Source: a virus
Lineage: Duplodnaviria; Caudoviricetes
Strand: one strand, 5' to 3'
DNA length: 48,555 bases
Virus record (IMG/VR): IMGVR_UViG_3300042363_000610
Span: 1 to 48,555 of that record
The notes under the pieces were generated by a model. That model searched no databases. It saw only the letters and a list, made by a program, of their open reading frames with translations, and was not told the origin of the DNA. The translations under genes and the position numbers were made by a program. Below are positions 24,264-33,813 of this stretch, piece by piece; the stretch's first letter is position 1; every line of letters starts with the position of its first letter.

Positions 24264-25298
24264 ATGCCCATCATCGGCCAAACTTTCCCGCAACTGATCG
24301 ATGCTCATCGGGCCTCTGGCCCTGGGCAGGTGATCGAACTTCTCGCTCAGGACAACCCGATCCTGGATGACGCCATTGCGCGCGCTTGCAACATGGGCGC
24401 GACTGAACGCACCATGATCCGCACGGGCCTGCCGACTGCCACTTGGGGCCGTCTCTATCAGGGCGTTCCGCAGTCGAAGACCACGATGCAGCAGGTTGAC
24501 GACACGACCGGCTTCCTTGAAGCTCGTTCGTCCATCGACACGCGCGTGCTGAAGCTGGCAAAAGACCCTGCGAAACAGCGCCTGATCGACAGCGCGCCGT
24601 TCTTCGAAACCATGAACCAGGAAATGGCCACGGGCATTTTCTATCACGACATCGCCACCACGCCCGAACGCTTCAAGGGCCTCGGCGCGCGCTATGACGC
24701 CTACTATACCGGCGTGAAGGCCGGTGCGCCTCGCCGCGCTGATGTGCAGGTTGTGGACGGCGGCGGTCGCGGTTCTGACAATACGTCGATCTGGTTCGTG
24801 ACTTGGGGCGATCATGCGACCTCGCTGATCTATCCTGAAGGCACCACGGCTGGCGTGACCATGATTGACAAGGGCGAAGAGCCTGTTCTGGATGCCGCTG
24901 GCAACACCTATTACGCGAAGGTCGCCACCTATGAGTGGCACATGGGCGTGACGGTCAAAGACTGGCGCTACAATGCCCGTGTGGCAAACATCGACGTGTC
25001 CGACATGCTGGCTGGCAACGTCGATCTGTGGGCGCTGATGCGTGATGCTTACTACCGTCTGCGTTCCCGTCGCCGCGACGGTCTGGCAAGCCGGATCGCC
25101 ATCTACATGAACACCGATGTCATGCAGGTGCTGGAAGCGCAGTCCACTGACCGGGCGCTGACCTCGGCGCGTCAGAACACGGTGTCGCTGTCCAAGGCCA
25201 CGGTCGAAGGCAAGGAAGTGAATATGTATCGCGGCATCCCGATCCGCGAAACTGATGCGCTTCTGAACACCGAAGCCGCGCTTCCCGCGATGGTCTGA
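24264..25298 (+). CDS. Major capsid protein (BPP-1/epsilon15-like)
   Basis: IELLAQDNPILDD, RTGLPTATW, NTSIWFVTWG, DWRYNARVANID, GIPIRETDALLNTE. Confidence 0.93.
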   Translation: MPIIGQTFPQLIDAHRASGPGQVIELLAQDNPILDDAIARACNMGATERTMIRTGLPTATWGRLYQGVPQSKTTMQQVDDTTGFLEARSSIDTRVLKLAKDPAKQRLIDSAPFFETMNQEMATGIFYHDIATTPERFKGLGARYDAYYTGVKAGAPRRADVQVVDGGGRGSDNTSIWFVTWGDHATSLIYPEGTTAGVTMIDKGEEPVLDAAGNTYYAKVATYEWHMGVTVKDWRYNARVANIDVSDMLAGNVDLWALMRDAYYRLRSRRRDGLASRIAIYMNTDVMQVLEAQSTDRALTSARQNTVSLSKATVEGKEVNMYRGIPIRETDALLNTEAALPAMV

Positions 25299-25305
25299 TC
25301 TGAAT

Positions 25306-25329
25306 AGGGGCGGCTTTGGTCGCCCCTTC
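25306..25329 (+). terminator. Hairpin after the major capsid gene
   Basis: AGGGGCGGC-TTTG-GTCGCCCCT. Confidence 0.6.
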
Positions 25330-25377
25330 CAACCCGACTGATGCTGTGCATCGCCTCCAACTCTGAAAGGTCATCCC

Positions 25378-25797
25378 ATGATCCTCGACCGTCAAACCCT
25401 GATGTCCGACCGGCAGGCGATCACCGCCACGGCTGGTTCCACCGATCAGATCGATCTGTCGCCGCGCGCCTCGGGCCTCGTTCGCGACATCGGTCCTGGC
25501 AGCAACCTGCCGATTGCCGTCCAGGTTGTCGAAAACTTCAACAACCTGACTTCGCTGACCGTCTCGCTTCAGGTCGATGAAGACAGCGCCTTTGGTTCGC
25601 CGAAGACCGTGGCCGTCACGCCCGCGATCCCGCTGGCGCAACTGGTGGCGGGCTACAGCTTCCCGTCGATTGATTACATTCCGCGCGGGACCGATGAACG
25701 CTATATGCGTTTGCTCTACACGGTCGCTGGCACTGCTCCGACGCTGGGCCGTATCACCGCTGGCATCTCTCTGACCGGGCCGCATTCGAATGGCTAA
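25378..25797 (+). CDS. Capsid cement/decoration protein (Bbp16-like)
   Basis: MILD...SDRQAITATAGST...RYMRLLYTVAG...GRITAGI. Confidence 0.85.
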   Translation: MILDRQTLMSDRQAITATAGSTDQIDLSPRASGLVRDIGPGSNLPIAVQVVENFNNLTSLTVSLQVDEDSAFGSPKTVAVTPAIPLAQLVAGYSFPSIDYIPRGTDERYMRLLYTVAGTAPTLGRITAGISLTGPHSNG

Positions 25798-26104
25798 GGT
25801 GATCGCAACGCAACGCGGATACTTCGGCAAGGCGCTTCGCGACATCGGGGACGTGTTTGACGTTCCCGATGAGATCATGGCCGATGAACGCCTGCGCCCG
25901 TCTTGGGTGGAGATCGTCGGCAAGGCCACTGCGGAACCAGATGCTGCTGAACCGGAAAAGCCTGCGAAGGCAAAGCCGGGGCCGAAGGCAAAGCCTGCTC
26001 CGTTCGCTGATGCGCCTGAACCGGTTCGGGTGCAGAACGAGATCAACAACGCTCTCGGCACGGCTGAACCTGATTGGGTCGCGCCTGCCGGTGGCGACAT
26101 CTGA
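25790..26104 (+). CDS. Hypothetical virion-module protein
   Basis: KVIATQRGYFG..RDIGDVFDV...SWVE followed by a low-complexity tail. Confidence 0.75.
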   Translation: MAKVIATQRGYFGKALRDIGDVFDVPDEIMADERLRPSWVEIVGKATAEPDAAEPEKPAKAKPGPKAKPAPFADAPEPVRVQNEINNALGTAEPDWVAPAGGDI

Positions 26105-26108
26105 AACG

Positions 26109-26137
26109 GCGGGGCGGCTTCGGTCGCCCTGCTTTTC
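26109..26137 (+). terminator. Rho-independent terminator
   Basis: GCGGGGCGGC-TTCG-GTCGCCCTGC-TTTT. Confidence 0.8.
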
Positions 26138-26152
26138 ACAGGAGCGTGACAC

Positions 26153-26923
26153 ATGGGTTTCCCCATCACTAATCGCCCGGTCACGGGCAGCATCACGGCG
26201 AACGCGCAGACTTTTGTCGTTTCCGTGCTTCAGGCGAACTTCGCTCTGGTGCAGATGGTTGCCGCTGGCCTTAACGGTCATACCTGCGCAATCGAAGGCA
26301 GCATTGACAGCACGACCGGGGCCGATGGCAACTGGTTCGGCATTTCGGCTTCTCGGTCGAACGCGCCCGGAGTTATCGAACAGGCCATTGGCGCTTTGTC
26401 CGCTACCCCTGGATATTTCTGGCGTATCAACTGCGCCGGTATGAAATACATCCGCTTTCGCGCTACAGCGCACACGAGCGGCACGGCGGCTTACACTGCC
26501 TATACTCTTGAAGATGAGATCGATGTTTTGGTTGGCGGCATTGTGTCTCTAGCCGCTGGCTCTGCCTTGGTTGGGCAGATTTTCAATGCCGACAACATCT
26601 TCTGGAACGAAAGCGTTACCGCTCAGGCTGCGGCTGCGACCGTTACCGGGACTGCGCGTGATGTCGGCATGTCTGCTGGTGCGGCGCATCGGTATGCGGC
26701 CTTCAACGCCTTCGCCTTCGCCGATCAGGCCGGGACACTCCGCATTGAAATTTCGACCGATAACGTCACCTGGCGGCGCGCGTCTGCCGATGTGGCGGTG
26801 GCTGCGAACGCCCCTGTGCACATGTCCGTGCCTGTCACGGCGCGCTGGTATCGGGCGGTCTATGTCAACGGCGCGACCCTTCAGGGCGCGTTCATGCTTA
26901 ACACCTCGTTCACGGTGTCATGA
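26153..26923 (+). CDS. Putative head fibre/decoration protein, two beta-sandwich modules
   Basis: AGGAG SD; two modules ending YIRFR and WYRAVY. Confidence 0.65.
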   Translation: MGFPITNRPVTGSITANAQTFVVSVLQANFALVQMVAAGLNGHTCAIEGSIDSTTGADGNWFGISASRSNAPGVIEQAIGALSATPGYFWRINCAGMKYIRFRATAHTSGTAAYTAYTLEDEIDVLVGGIVSLAAGSALVGQIFNADNIFWNESVTAQAAAATVTGTARDVGMSAGAAHRYAAFNAFAFADQAGTLRIEISTDNVTWRRASADVAVAANAPVHMSVPVTARWYRAVYVNGATLQGAFMLNTSFTVS

Positions 26924-27000
26924 TGATCAGGAATGTTGTGAGAACTCAGATCGTGGCTGTCGTGCTGGTTCCGACTTCGGTCTGGCGCGGCAGGCGGTAA
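26920..27000 (+). CDS. Small 26-aa ORF (not in ORF track)
   Basis: MMIRNVVRTQIVAVVLVPTSVWRGRR*; ATGA overlap with the upstream stop. Confidence 0.4.
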   Translation: MMIRNVVRTQIVAVVLVPTSVWRGRR

Positions 27001-27030
27001 TTCGACAACCGCAACCTTCTGAACTGAATG

Positions 27031-27060
27031 ATCCCGTCTGAACGCTCAGGCGGGATTTTC
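27031..27060 (+). terminator. Hairpin/terminator before the tail tubular A gene
   Basis: ATCCCGTCTGA...TCAGGCGGGAT-TTT. Confidence 0.55.
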
Positions 27061-27074
27061 ATTTAGGGTGTGCA

Positions 27075-27695
27075 ATGGCCTCTGTCGTATCGATCTGCAA
27101 CCTCGCACTGTCGAACATCGGGAAAGACAACATCCAAGCCCTGACCGATGCCGGGGCCGAAGCCCGTGCCTGTTCGCAGTTCTATGAACACACGCGCGAC
27201 ATTCTGCTTCAGGGCTATCCGTGGCGGTTTGCGGGGGCGACGGTATCGCTGGCCCAGATCACGAATGACAGGATCGGCCAGTGGTCCTATGCCTATGCGC
27301 GGCCTGCCGACTGCATGAAGGTGCGCTGGCTGCGGCCTCAGTATTCCGAAAACGATCCGGCGCTGTCGTTGCAGGATGAACTGGCGATCCCGTATGAGAT
27401 CGAAGGTCAAACGATCTACTGCAACCTGTCGCCCGCGTTCCTGCGATACACGTCGCAGGTGGATGATCCGACGAAGTTCCCGCCTATGTTTATCGAAGCC
27501 TTGGCTTGGCATCTATCGGTGCGGCTGGCCATGCCTCTGACGCGCGATCCCAAGGTGCGGGCCGAAGCCTACCAGATGGCCACGATGGCTACGGGGCAGG
27601 CTCAGATGATGGACGCGAATGAGGCGCGGGAAACATCCGACCACGAAAGCGTGTTTGCCAAGGCGCGGGCTGAAGCTGGCGGGGTGATCGGCTGA
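27075..27695 (+). CDS. Tail tubular protein A (adaptor, T7 gp11-like)
   Basis: MASVVSICNLAL...PWRFA...YARPADC...FIEALAWHL. Confidence 0.9.
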   Translation: MASVVSICNLALSNIGKDNIQALTDAGAEARACSQFYEHTRDILLQGYPWRFAGATVSLAQITNDRIGQWSYAYARPADCMKVRWLRPQYSENDPALSLQDELAIPYEIEGQTIYCNLSPAFLRYTSQVDDPTKFPPMFIEALAWHLSVRLAMPLTRDPKVRAEAYQMATMATGQAQMMDANEARETSDHESVFAKARAEAGGVIG

Positions 27696-27907
27696 TGTCT
27701 GATTTGGTGATGTTGAACCCGCATGAGCGAATGACTGCCGAAGAATGCCTGTCGCATTGCGCGCTGGATCACGCGAATTTTCAGGACGTGATGGTGATCG
27801 GATATGATCAGGATGGCGGGCTTATCGTTCGATCCTCTGCGATGTCTCGCAAGGATGCCGCATGGATGCTTCTCGCGGCGCTGGATCACGCTCGGGGGAT
27901 TTTGTGA
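27695..27907 (+). CDS. Hypothetical protein
   Basis: 70 aa with DVMVIGYDQDG; TGATG coupling on both sides. Confidence 0.75.
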   Translation: MSDLVMLNPHERMTAEECLSHCALDHANFQDVMVIGYDQDGGLIVRSSAMSRKDAAWMLLAALDHARGIL

Positions 27908-30318
27908 TGTCTGATTTGCGCGCCTATCAACCGTCATTCACTGGCGGCGTCCTGTCGCCTTCGCTGTGGTCGCGCGTCGATCTGGCGAAGTATTCATCCG
28001 GCCTGAAGACGGCGGTGAACCTGTTCATCCATCCCCACGGCGGCGCGTCGAACCGTGCCGGTCTGGAATTCATTCGGGAAGTGAAGACAAGCGCGGCGAA
28101 GACAAGGCTGATCCCGTTCCAGTTCAGCACCGAACAGTCCTACATCCTCGAATTCGGCGGCAGTTACATGCGCGTGTTCAAGAACGGCGCGCTGGTGCTG
28201 TCTGGCGCGTCTCCCTATGAACTGGTGACGCCATACACGGCGGCGGCGGCTGACAGCCTGACATTCATCCAGGAAGCGGATGTGATGTATCTCTGCCATG
28301 AGGACTATCCGGTTCAGAAACTGTCGCGCCTTGCGGATAACAACTGGACGATCTCGGCGGTTACGTTTGCGCCGAAGATCGCCGCGCCGGGATCGGTGGC
28401 CGCGAATGCGCGGTGGAAGTTCCGCACTGGATCGACCACGACCTTCGGGTTCCGGGTGTCGGCTGTGTCTGCTGCTGGCGGGGAAAGCGCGGCGTCTGGT
28501 CAGGTGTCGGTGTCGTTCCAGTGGGAAAATTTCGACGGGCGGTTCATCCGCATATCGTGGAACCCCGTCGCGGGCGCGGTGTCGTATCGGGTCTATCGGT
28601 CGGACGCCTCGACCGGGATCGTGGCGATCACGACCGCGACATCCGCTGACATGCCGGTGAACGGTGGCGGTATCTTCACGGGCGACGGCACGGCAATCCC
28701 CGGCGCTGCGTCTGGCTCGTCGCCGCCTGCAACCCCAACCGGCGTAACGACCTCCGTCCAGTTTGGCCGGTCCTATTCGTATGTCGTCGCGGCTGTGTCT
28801 GACGCGACCGGCGAAGAAAGCCTGCCGTCTACGCCTGCGACCGTCTCGAACGATATGTCCATCAAGGGGAACATCAACACGATCACTTGGGCGGCTGTGG
28901 CTGGTGCCTCGGAATACAACATCTATCGCAAGGAAAACGGTTCCTATGGATACATTGGCCGGTCTGATGGTCTGTCTTTCGTGGATGAGAATGTCACTTC
29001 TGACATCTCGACCGGGCCACAGGACGGGTTCAATCCCTTTGTGGGCGCTGGGAATTATCCGCGATGCGCGACCTTCTTCGAGCAAAGGCTGTGCTTTGCC
29101 TCCACGAAGAATGAGCCTCAAGGCGTGTGGATGTCTCAGTCGGCGTCATATGAGAACTTCGGGTCGGCGTCTCCTGCGAAAGACAGTGACGCGATCATCT
29201 TCAGGATCAAGGCGAAACAGGTAAATCAGATCAGATCGATGATTGCCTCTCGCGGGCTGATGGTCCTGACCTCCGGGGCTGAATGGGTGGTTTCTGGCGA
29301 CGGGCAGGGATCGCCGATTACTCCGACGCAGATCAACGTGAAAAATCAGGGGTATCGCGGTTCCTCGGATGTGCAGCCGATTTCGGTCGGTGAAACGGTG
29401 ATGTTCGCTCAGGCGCGCGGCGGGGTAGTGCGGGATTTCTCCTATGAATTTGCGAATGACGGGTTTACGGGGAAAGACCTGACGATCCTCGCGCGGTCTC
29501 TGTTCGAAGAGCGGTCAATCGTGGCTTGGGCCTATGCTCAGGCTCCGCATTCGATGGTCTGGGTGGTGCTGGATAGCGGGCGGCTGGTGTCCCTGACCTA
29601 CATGCGGGAACATGAAATCTGGGCTTGGACAGAGCACGAAAGTCACAACGCGCATTTCGAAGATGTGACGGTGATTGCCGAAGGGACGGAAGACGTTCCA
29701 TATTTTGTCGTGCGGCGGCATATCGATGGCGCACAGCGGCGATACATCGAACGGCTGCATACTCGCGTGATGACCGATGTATCGGATGCGTTTTTCGTCG
29801 ATAGCGGCCTGACCTATACCGGCGCGGCGGCAACGGTGATCTCTGGCCTTGGGCATCTGGAAGGCAAGCATGTGGTGGCGCTGGCCGATGGCAACGTGGT
29901 GCGCGGCCTGACGGTCACGGGCGGGTCTGTGACGCTGCCGAACGCTGCGACGAAGGCTCACATCGGCCTGCACATGACGGCATCTCTGGAAACGCTTGAT
30001 CTGGACCTTGGCCAAGTGCGCGGCCTCGGCACGGTGCAGGGGCGGATGAAGTCGGTTTCAGAAGTCACGCTGCGGGTCGAAGAAACGCGCGGCATCTGGA
30101 TCGGGCCGGATGACGGGACGCGGGATAGCGGCAAGCTGGTGGAGTATAAACAGCGCGCGACCGAAGCATGGGATGAGGCGATCCAGCTATACACGGGCGA
30201 CATCTCCATCACCCCACATTGGGATTGGAACAGCGCGGGGCGGGTTTGGGTGAAGCAATTCGATCCCCTGCCGATGACTGTGCTGGCGATCATGCCGGAT
30301 GTGACGCTTGGCCAGTGA
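27907..30318 (+). CDS. Tail tubular protein B (nozzle)
   Basis: QPSFTGGVLSP...RVDLAKY, RLIPFQFS, FFEQRLCFA, RRYIERL, PLPMTVLAI. Confidence 0.92.
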   Translation: MSDLRAYQPSFTGGVLSPSLWSRVDLAKYSSGLKTAVNLFIHPHGGASNRAGLEFIREVKTSAAKTRLIPFQFSTEQSYILEFGGSYMRVFKNGALVLSGASPYELVTPYTAAAADSLTFIQEADVMYLCHEDYPVQKLSRLADNNWTISAVTFAPKIAAPGSVAANARWKFRTGSTTTFGFRVSAVSAAGGESAASGQVSVSFQWENFDGRFIRISWNPVAGAVSYRVYRSDASTGIVAITTATSADMPVNGGGIFTGDGTAIPGAASGSSPPATPTGVTTSVQFGRSYSYVVAAVSDATGEESLPSTPATVSNDMSIKGNINTITWAAVAGASEYNIYRKENGSYGYIGRSDGLSFVDENVTSDISTGPQDGFNPFVGAGNYPRCATFFEQRLCFASTKNEPQGVWMSQSASYENFGSASPAKDSDAIIFRIKAKQVNQIRSMIASRGLMVLTSGAEWVVSGDGQGSPITPTQINVKNQGYRGSSDVQPISVGETVMFAQARGGVVRDFSYEFANDGFTGKDLTILARSLFEERSIVAWAYAQAPHSMVWVVLDSGRLVSLTYMREHEIWAWTEHESHNAHFEDVTVIAEGTEDVPYFVVRRHIDGAQRRYIERLHTRVMTDVSDAFFVDSGLTYTGAAATVISGLGHLEGKHVVALADGNVVRGLTVTGGSVTLPNAATKAHIGLHMTASLETLDLDLGQVRGLGTVQGRMKSVSEVTLRVEETRGIWIGPDDGTRDSGKLVEYKQRATEAWDEAIQLYTGDISITPHWDWNSAGRVWVKQFDPLPMTVLAIMPDVTLGQ

Positions 30319-30775
30319 CATCCAGATTATACCAACGCGGGCTTGGCATCTTCGCAGGGTTGCGGCTGTCATGCGGCAGGCAGACAAGGATGAGGTTATC
30401 GCCGCCACTGGCCGGTCGCCGCTCTGGGGGCTGGTGCATTCATACAAGCGGTCTGCGATCTGCATGACGGTGTTGATCGACGGGCAACCGGAAATGATCT
30501 TCGGCGCGGGCGATCTGTCTGTGTTGACGGGCATGGGTGCGCCGTGGCTTCTGGCATCGGATCGGGCTGTGTCCTGCCGCGTTGAATTCCTTCGCGGGTC
30601 GGTCCATTGGCGTGATCAACTATTGCGGCGGTATTCGGTTTTGAGAAATGTCGTTGACTGCCGGAACAAGATTGCGATCCGCTGGCTGCGATGGCTGGGG
30701 TTTCAGTTTACCGAACCGTTCAAGCATAGGGGTCACGAATTCATGATGTTCGAACTGAGGGCGCGCGATGTGTGA
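30308..30775 (+). CDS. GNAT-fold protein (T7 gp13-like)
   Basis: MRQADKDEV...PWLL...NKIAIRWLRWLGF. Confidence 0.85.
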   Translation: MASDIQIIPTRAWHLRRVAAVMRQADKDEVIAATGRSPLWGLVHSYKRSAICMTVLIDGQPEMIFGAGDLSVLTGMGAPWLLASDRAVSCRVEFLRGSVHWRDQLLRRYSVLRNVVDCRNKIAIRWLRWLGFQFTEPFKHRGHEFMMFELRARDV

Positions 30776-31313
30776 ACTAACGACCATGCTGCTGATCGGT
30801 TCGACCGTCATGGGCGCGGCTGGCGCTGTCCAGCAAGGGCAGGCTGCTGAGATGCAGGGCCGTGCCGCGCAACAGGCTGCGACCTATAATGCCCAAGTCG
30901 CGGATATGAACGCGAAGATCAGCGAACGGCAGGCGCGCGATGCTGTCGAACGCGGGCAGATGGAAGAACAGCAACAGCGCATGAAGACCTCCCAGATCAT
31001 CGGGAAACAGCGCGCGGCTATGGCTGCGAACGGTGTCGATCTCACGTTTGGGTCGCCGCTGGATACTCTGGTCGATACCGCCACGATGGGCGAACTGGAC
31101 GCGCTGACGATCCGCACGAATACCTACCGCGAAGAGCGCGACATTCGGCAACAGGGCGCAAACTTCACGTCACAGGCCGGGATGATGCGGGCCGAAGGTG
31201 AGAACGCTGCAATCGCTGGCCGGATGGGCAAGCGGTCTGGTTTCATGCAGGCGGCGGGGACGATCCTCGGCGGCGGGGCAAAAGCGTATTCGAACTATAG
31301 ACAGGTGGCGTGA
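30768..31313 (+). CDS. Small ejection/internal virion protein (T7 gp14-like)
   Basis: MC start, hydrophobic N-terminus, QRAAMAANGVDL..GSPLD. Confidence 0.85.
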   Translation: MCELTTMLLIGSTVMGAAGAVQQGQAAEMQGRAAQQAATYNAQVADMNAKISERQARDAVERGQMEEQQQRMKTSQIIGKQRAAMAANGVDLTFGSPLDTLVDTATMGELDALTIRTNTYREERDIRQQGANFTSQAGMMRAEGENAAIAGRMGKRSGFMQAAGTILGGGAKAYSNYRQVA

Positions 31314-31314
31314 T

Positions 31315-33804
31315 ATGGTGACTGTCCCTACATACACGATGCGGGAAGTCCGCGTTCGCCCTGACATGCAACAGGGCGTGGACGTGCGGGCCTCTGCCGA
31401 TGCGTTTGGCGGTGGCGTGGCGCGCGGCATGGATGCTGTCGGGCAGGGGATGCAGTCCATCGGGCAGGGGATGGGGCAGGCTGCGGAAGCCGTGTCGCAA
31501 CTGCGCGACTTCGAAGATCGCATGAAGTCGAAGGACGCTCTGACGGGCTTCGAACGCGACCTGATGGAAATACAGTATGGCCAGAACGGATACCTCACGA
31601 CGCAGGGCCGCGATGCCGTGGATCGCCGCGAAGGGTATAACGCCCAGATCGAAGAACTGAGGAAGAAATACGGTTCGACGCTGAAGGGCGGCGCGGCGCG
31701 GTATTTCGATGATGCTGCGACATCGGCTGTCACGTCTGCCATGCGGACAGGGATCGTGCATTCGGCGCAAGGTCAAAAGGATTGGGCGGCGTCCACGTCC
31801 ACGGCACGGCTGGCGCTGTTTCAGGATCAGGCGCTGAAGACCTATGGCGATCCGAAGGCGGTGGATAAATCCATCGCGGCGGGGTTCATGGAGATCGACG
31901 CGCAAGCCGACCTGATGGGATGGGGCCAGGATGTCGTGACGCTGAAGCGGCAGGAATTTGCGACCGGCGTCTATTCCTCGGTGGCTCTGGCGCTGGCCTC
32001 GGAAACGGGTGGTGCGACGAAGGCGCTGGAATATCTGGCCGGGAAGTCCGACCTGATCGATACAGCGACACGGATGGAATTGGAAACCAAGCTGCGCCCG
32101 TATGCGAACGACGAAGCGGCGATGGCCGTGGTCGATGAAGTCCTCGGCATGACGCGGGACACGGGCGCTGGGGCCGCTGAAGGCACGGTTGGCGCGGCTG
32201 GGCCTACTGCTGTGCGACAGCGCCTGTATGGCCGCGCTGCGGCTGCTGGCAAGGGCAGGGATCACGTTGACGGGCTGAACGAAGGGTTTGCCACAAATTT
32301 GCTGGCCATGTTCGAAGACGCGCCGTTCCCCGGCCTTCAGATCGGATCGGGCTATCGGTCGGAAGAACGGCAGGCTGAGATCATCGCTCAGAACATGGCC
32401 GCTTATGGCTTGGGTGGCCGGATCGCTGAATGGAATGCGGACGTGGCGGCGATGGGGCCGGTGGCGGCTGGGCGCAAGTGGCGTAGCACCTTCCAAGGCG
32501 TAACAAACAGCGCCGGTCGCACGTTCACGCAAATGGTCGGGATGCCCGGTGGCTCCAATCATCAACACGGGAACGCGGTGGACATCTGGTATAACGGGGT
32601 CCGTCTCGAAAAGGCTCCTGCCGAAGTGCGGCAGTGGGTGCATGACAACGCTGCGGCCTATGGGATGCGGTTCCCGATGTCGTGGGAAAGCTGGCATATC
32701 GAACCGTCCAATGCGCGCGGTGGCGGGGCCGGATCGACGGCTGTCCCTGCGATGGATGGCGTGTCCTATCGGGCGTCTGCTGTTTCGTTTGAAGCGGCGA
32801 TGGCGCGGGTGAATGAAATCCAAGACCCTGAAGTTCGGGCTGCTGCGATGAAGCAACTGAACGCTCAGTTCGAGATGCGCGGGAAGGCCGAAGCGGCGCG
32901 CGGGCAGGCGGCGAAGTCCGACATCTGGTCGATGGTGGCGCAGGGCGTTCCGATGTCGCAAATCCCGCTGGACCTGAAGATCGCGGCTGGTCGGGAAGCT
33001 GTGCAGGGGTTCATGGACTATGAGGCGAAGGCGGGCGAGATCACGACCGATCCCGTCCTGCAACGCGATCTGACGCTGTATGCCGCGACCAATCCTGTCG
33101 AATTCGCGCGGGTCGATCTGACTGCGCCTGAAGTGATCAACAACCTGTCGAAGACCGATCTGAAAACGCTGATCGACAAGCAGGCATTGGTGCTGTCGGA
33201 TGAGCGAAAGGCGCGGGAAGAAGGGATCGATGTATCTCAGGCGATGACCTGGGCGAAGACGCAACTGGAAGCGGTCGGGATCACGACTGCTGGCCTGACC
33301 GGGGGCGGAAACGCGACGAAGCGGCAAGAGATGGCGGCGCGGGAAGCGCAGTTTCAGCTTGCTCTGGCCGATGAGATGCGCGCGTGGAAGGAAGCGAACC
33401 CGACCAAGCGGCCTTCGCAGATGGACATCATGCAGATGACAAACAAGCTGCTGATGCCTGTCGTGCTGAACGTGCCGGGATCGGGTTGGACATCGGACGA
33501 AACCGAAGGCTTCCTGTTCGACACGATCAACGCGCCTTCGAATGCGACGGCTGACATCGTGGTTGAGATCAACGACATTCCGCGCGATCTCCGCGATGCG
33601 ATCCGGCGCGACATGACGCTTGAACGCGGTGGCCTGCCTGTGTCCGATGAGGAAGTGGTGCAGCGTTACGAAGACCTTCAGATGGGCCGGAATGTGCCGG
33701 GGCCTGTGAACCCTGCCGCGATTGGGAATGTCACGACAACCAATCTCACGATACTAGATCAATTGCGCGGGTTTGTGGATCAGGTCGATCCCCCGCAACA
33801 GTAA
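31315..33804 (+). CDS. Ejection protein with central M15 (VanY-like LAS) peptidase domain
   Basis: SGYRSEERQ...PGGSNHQHGNAVDI...ESWHIE. ATG at 31315 follows the upstream stop. Confidence 0.85.
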   Translation: MVTVPTYTMREVRVRPDMQQGVDVRASADAFGGGVARGMDAVGQGMQSIGQGMGQAAEAVSQLRDFEDRMKSKDALTGFERDLMEIQYGQNGYLTTQGRDAVDRREGYNAQIEELRKKYGSTLKGGAARYFDDAATSAVTSAMRTGIVHSAQGQKDWAASTSTARLALFQDQALKTYGDPKAVDKSIAAGFMEIDAQADLMGWGQDVVTLKRQEFATGVYSSVALALASETGGATKALEYLAGKSDLIDTATRMELETKLRPYANDEAAMAVVDEVLGMTRDTGAGAAEGTVGAAGPTAVRQRLYGRAAAAGKGRDHVDGLNEGFATNLLAMFEDAPFPGLQIGSGYRSEERQAEIIAQNMAAYGLGGRIAEWNADVAAMGPVAAGRKWRSTFQGVTNSAGRTFTQMVGMPGGSNHQHGNAVDIWYNGVRLEKAPAEVRQWVHDNAAAYGMRFPMSWESWHIEPSNARGGGAGSTAVPAMDGVSYRASAVSFEAAMARVNEIQDPEVRAAAMKQLNAQFEMRGKAEAARGQAAKSDIWSMVAQGVPMSQIPLDLKIAAGREAVQGFMDYEAKAGEITTDPVLQRDLTLYAATNPVEFARVDLTAPEVINNLSKTDLKTLIDKQALVLSDERKAREEGIDVSQAMTWAKTQLEAVGITTAGLTGGGNATKRQEMAAREAQFQLALADEMRAWKEANPTKRPSQMDIMQMTNKLLMPVVLNVPGSGWTSDETEGFLFDTINAPSNATADIVVEINDIPRDLRDAIRRDMTLERGGLPVSDEEVVQRYEDLQMGRNVPGPVNPAAIGNVTTTNLTILDQLRGFVDQVDPPQQ

Positions 33805-33813
33805 GGGGATGCC

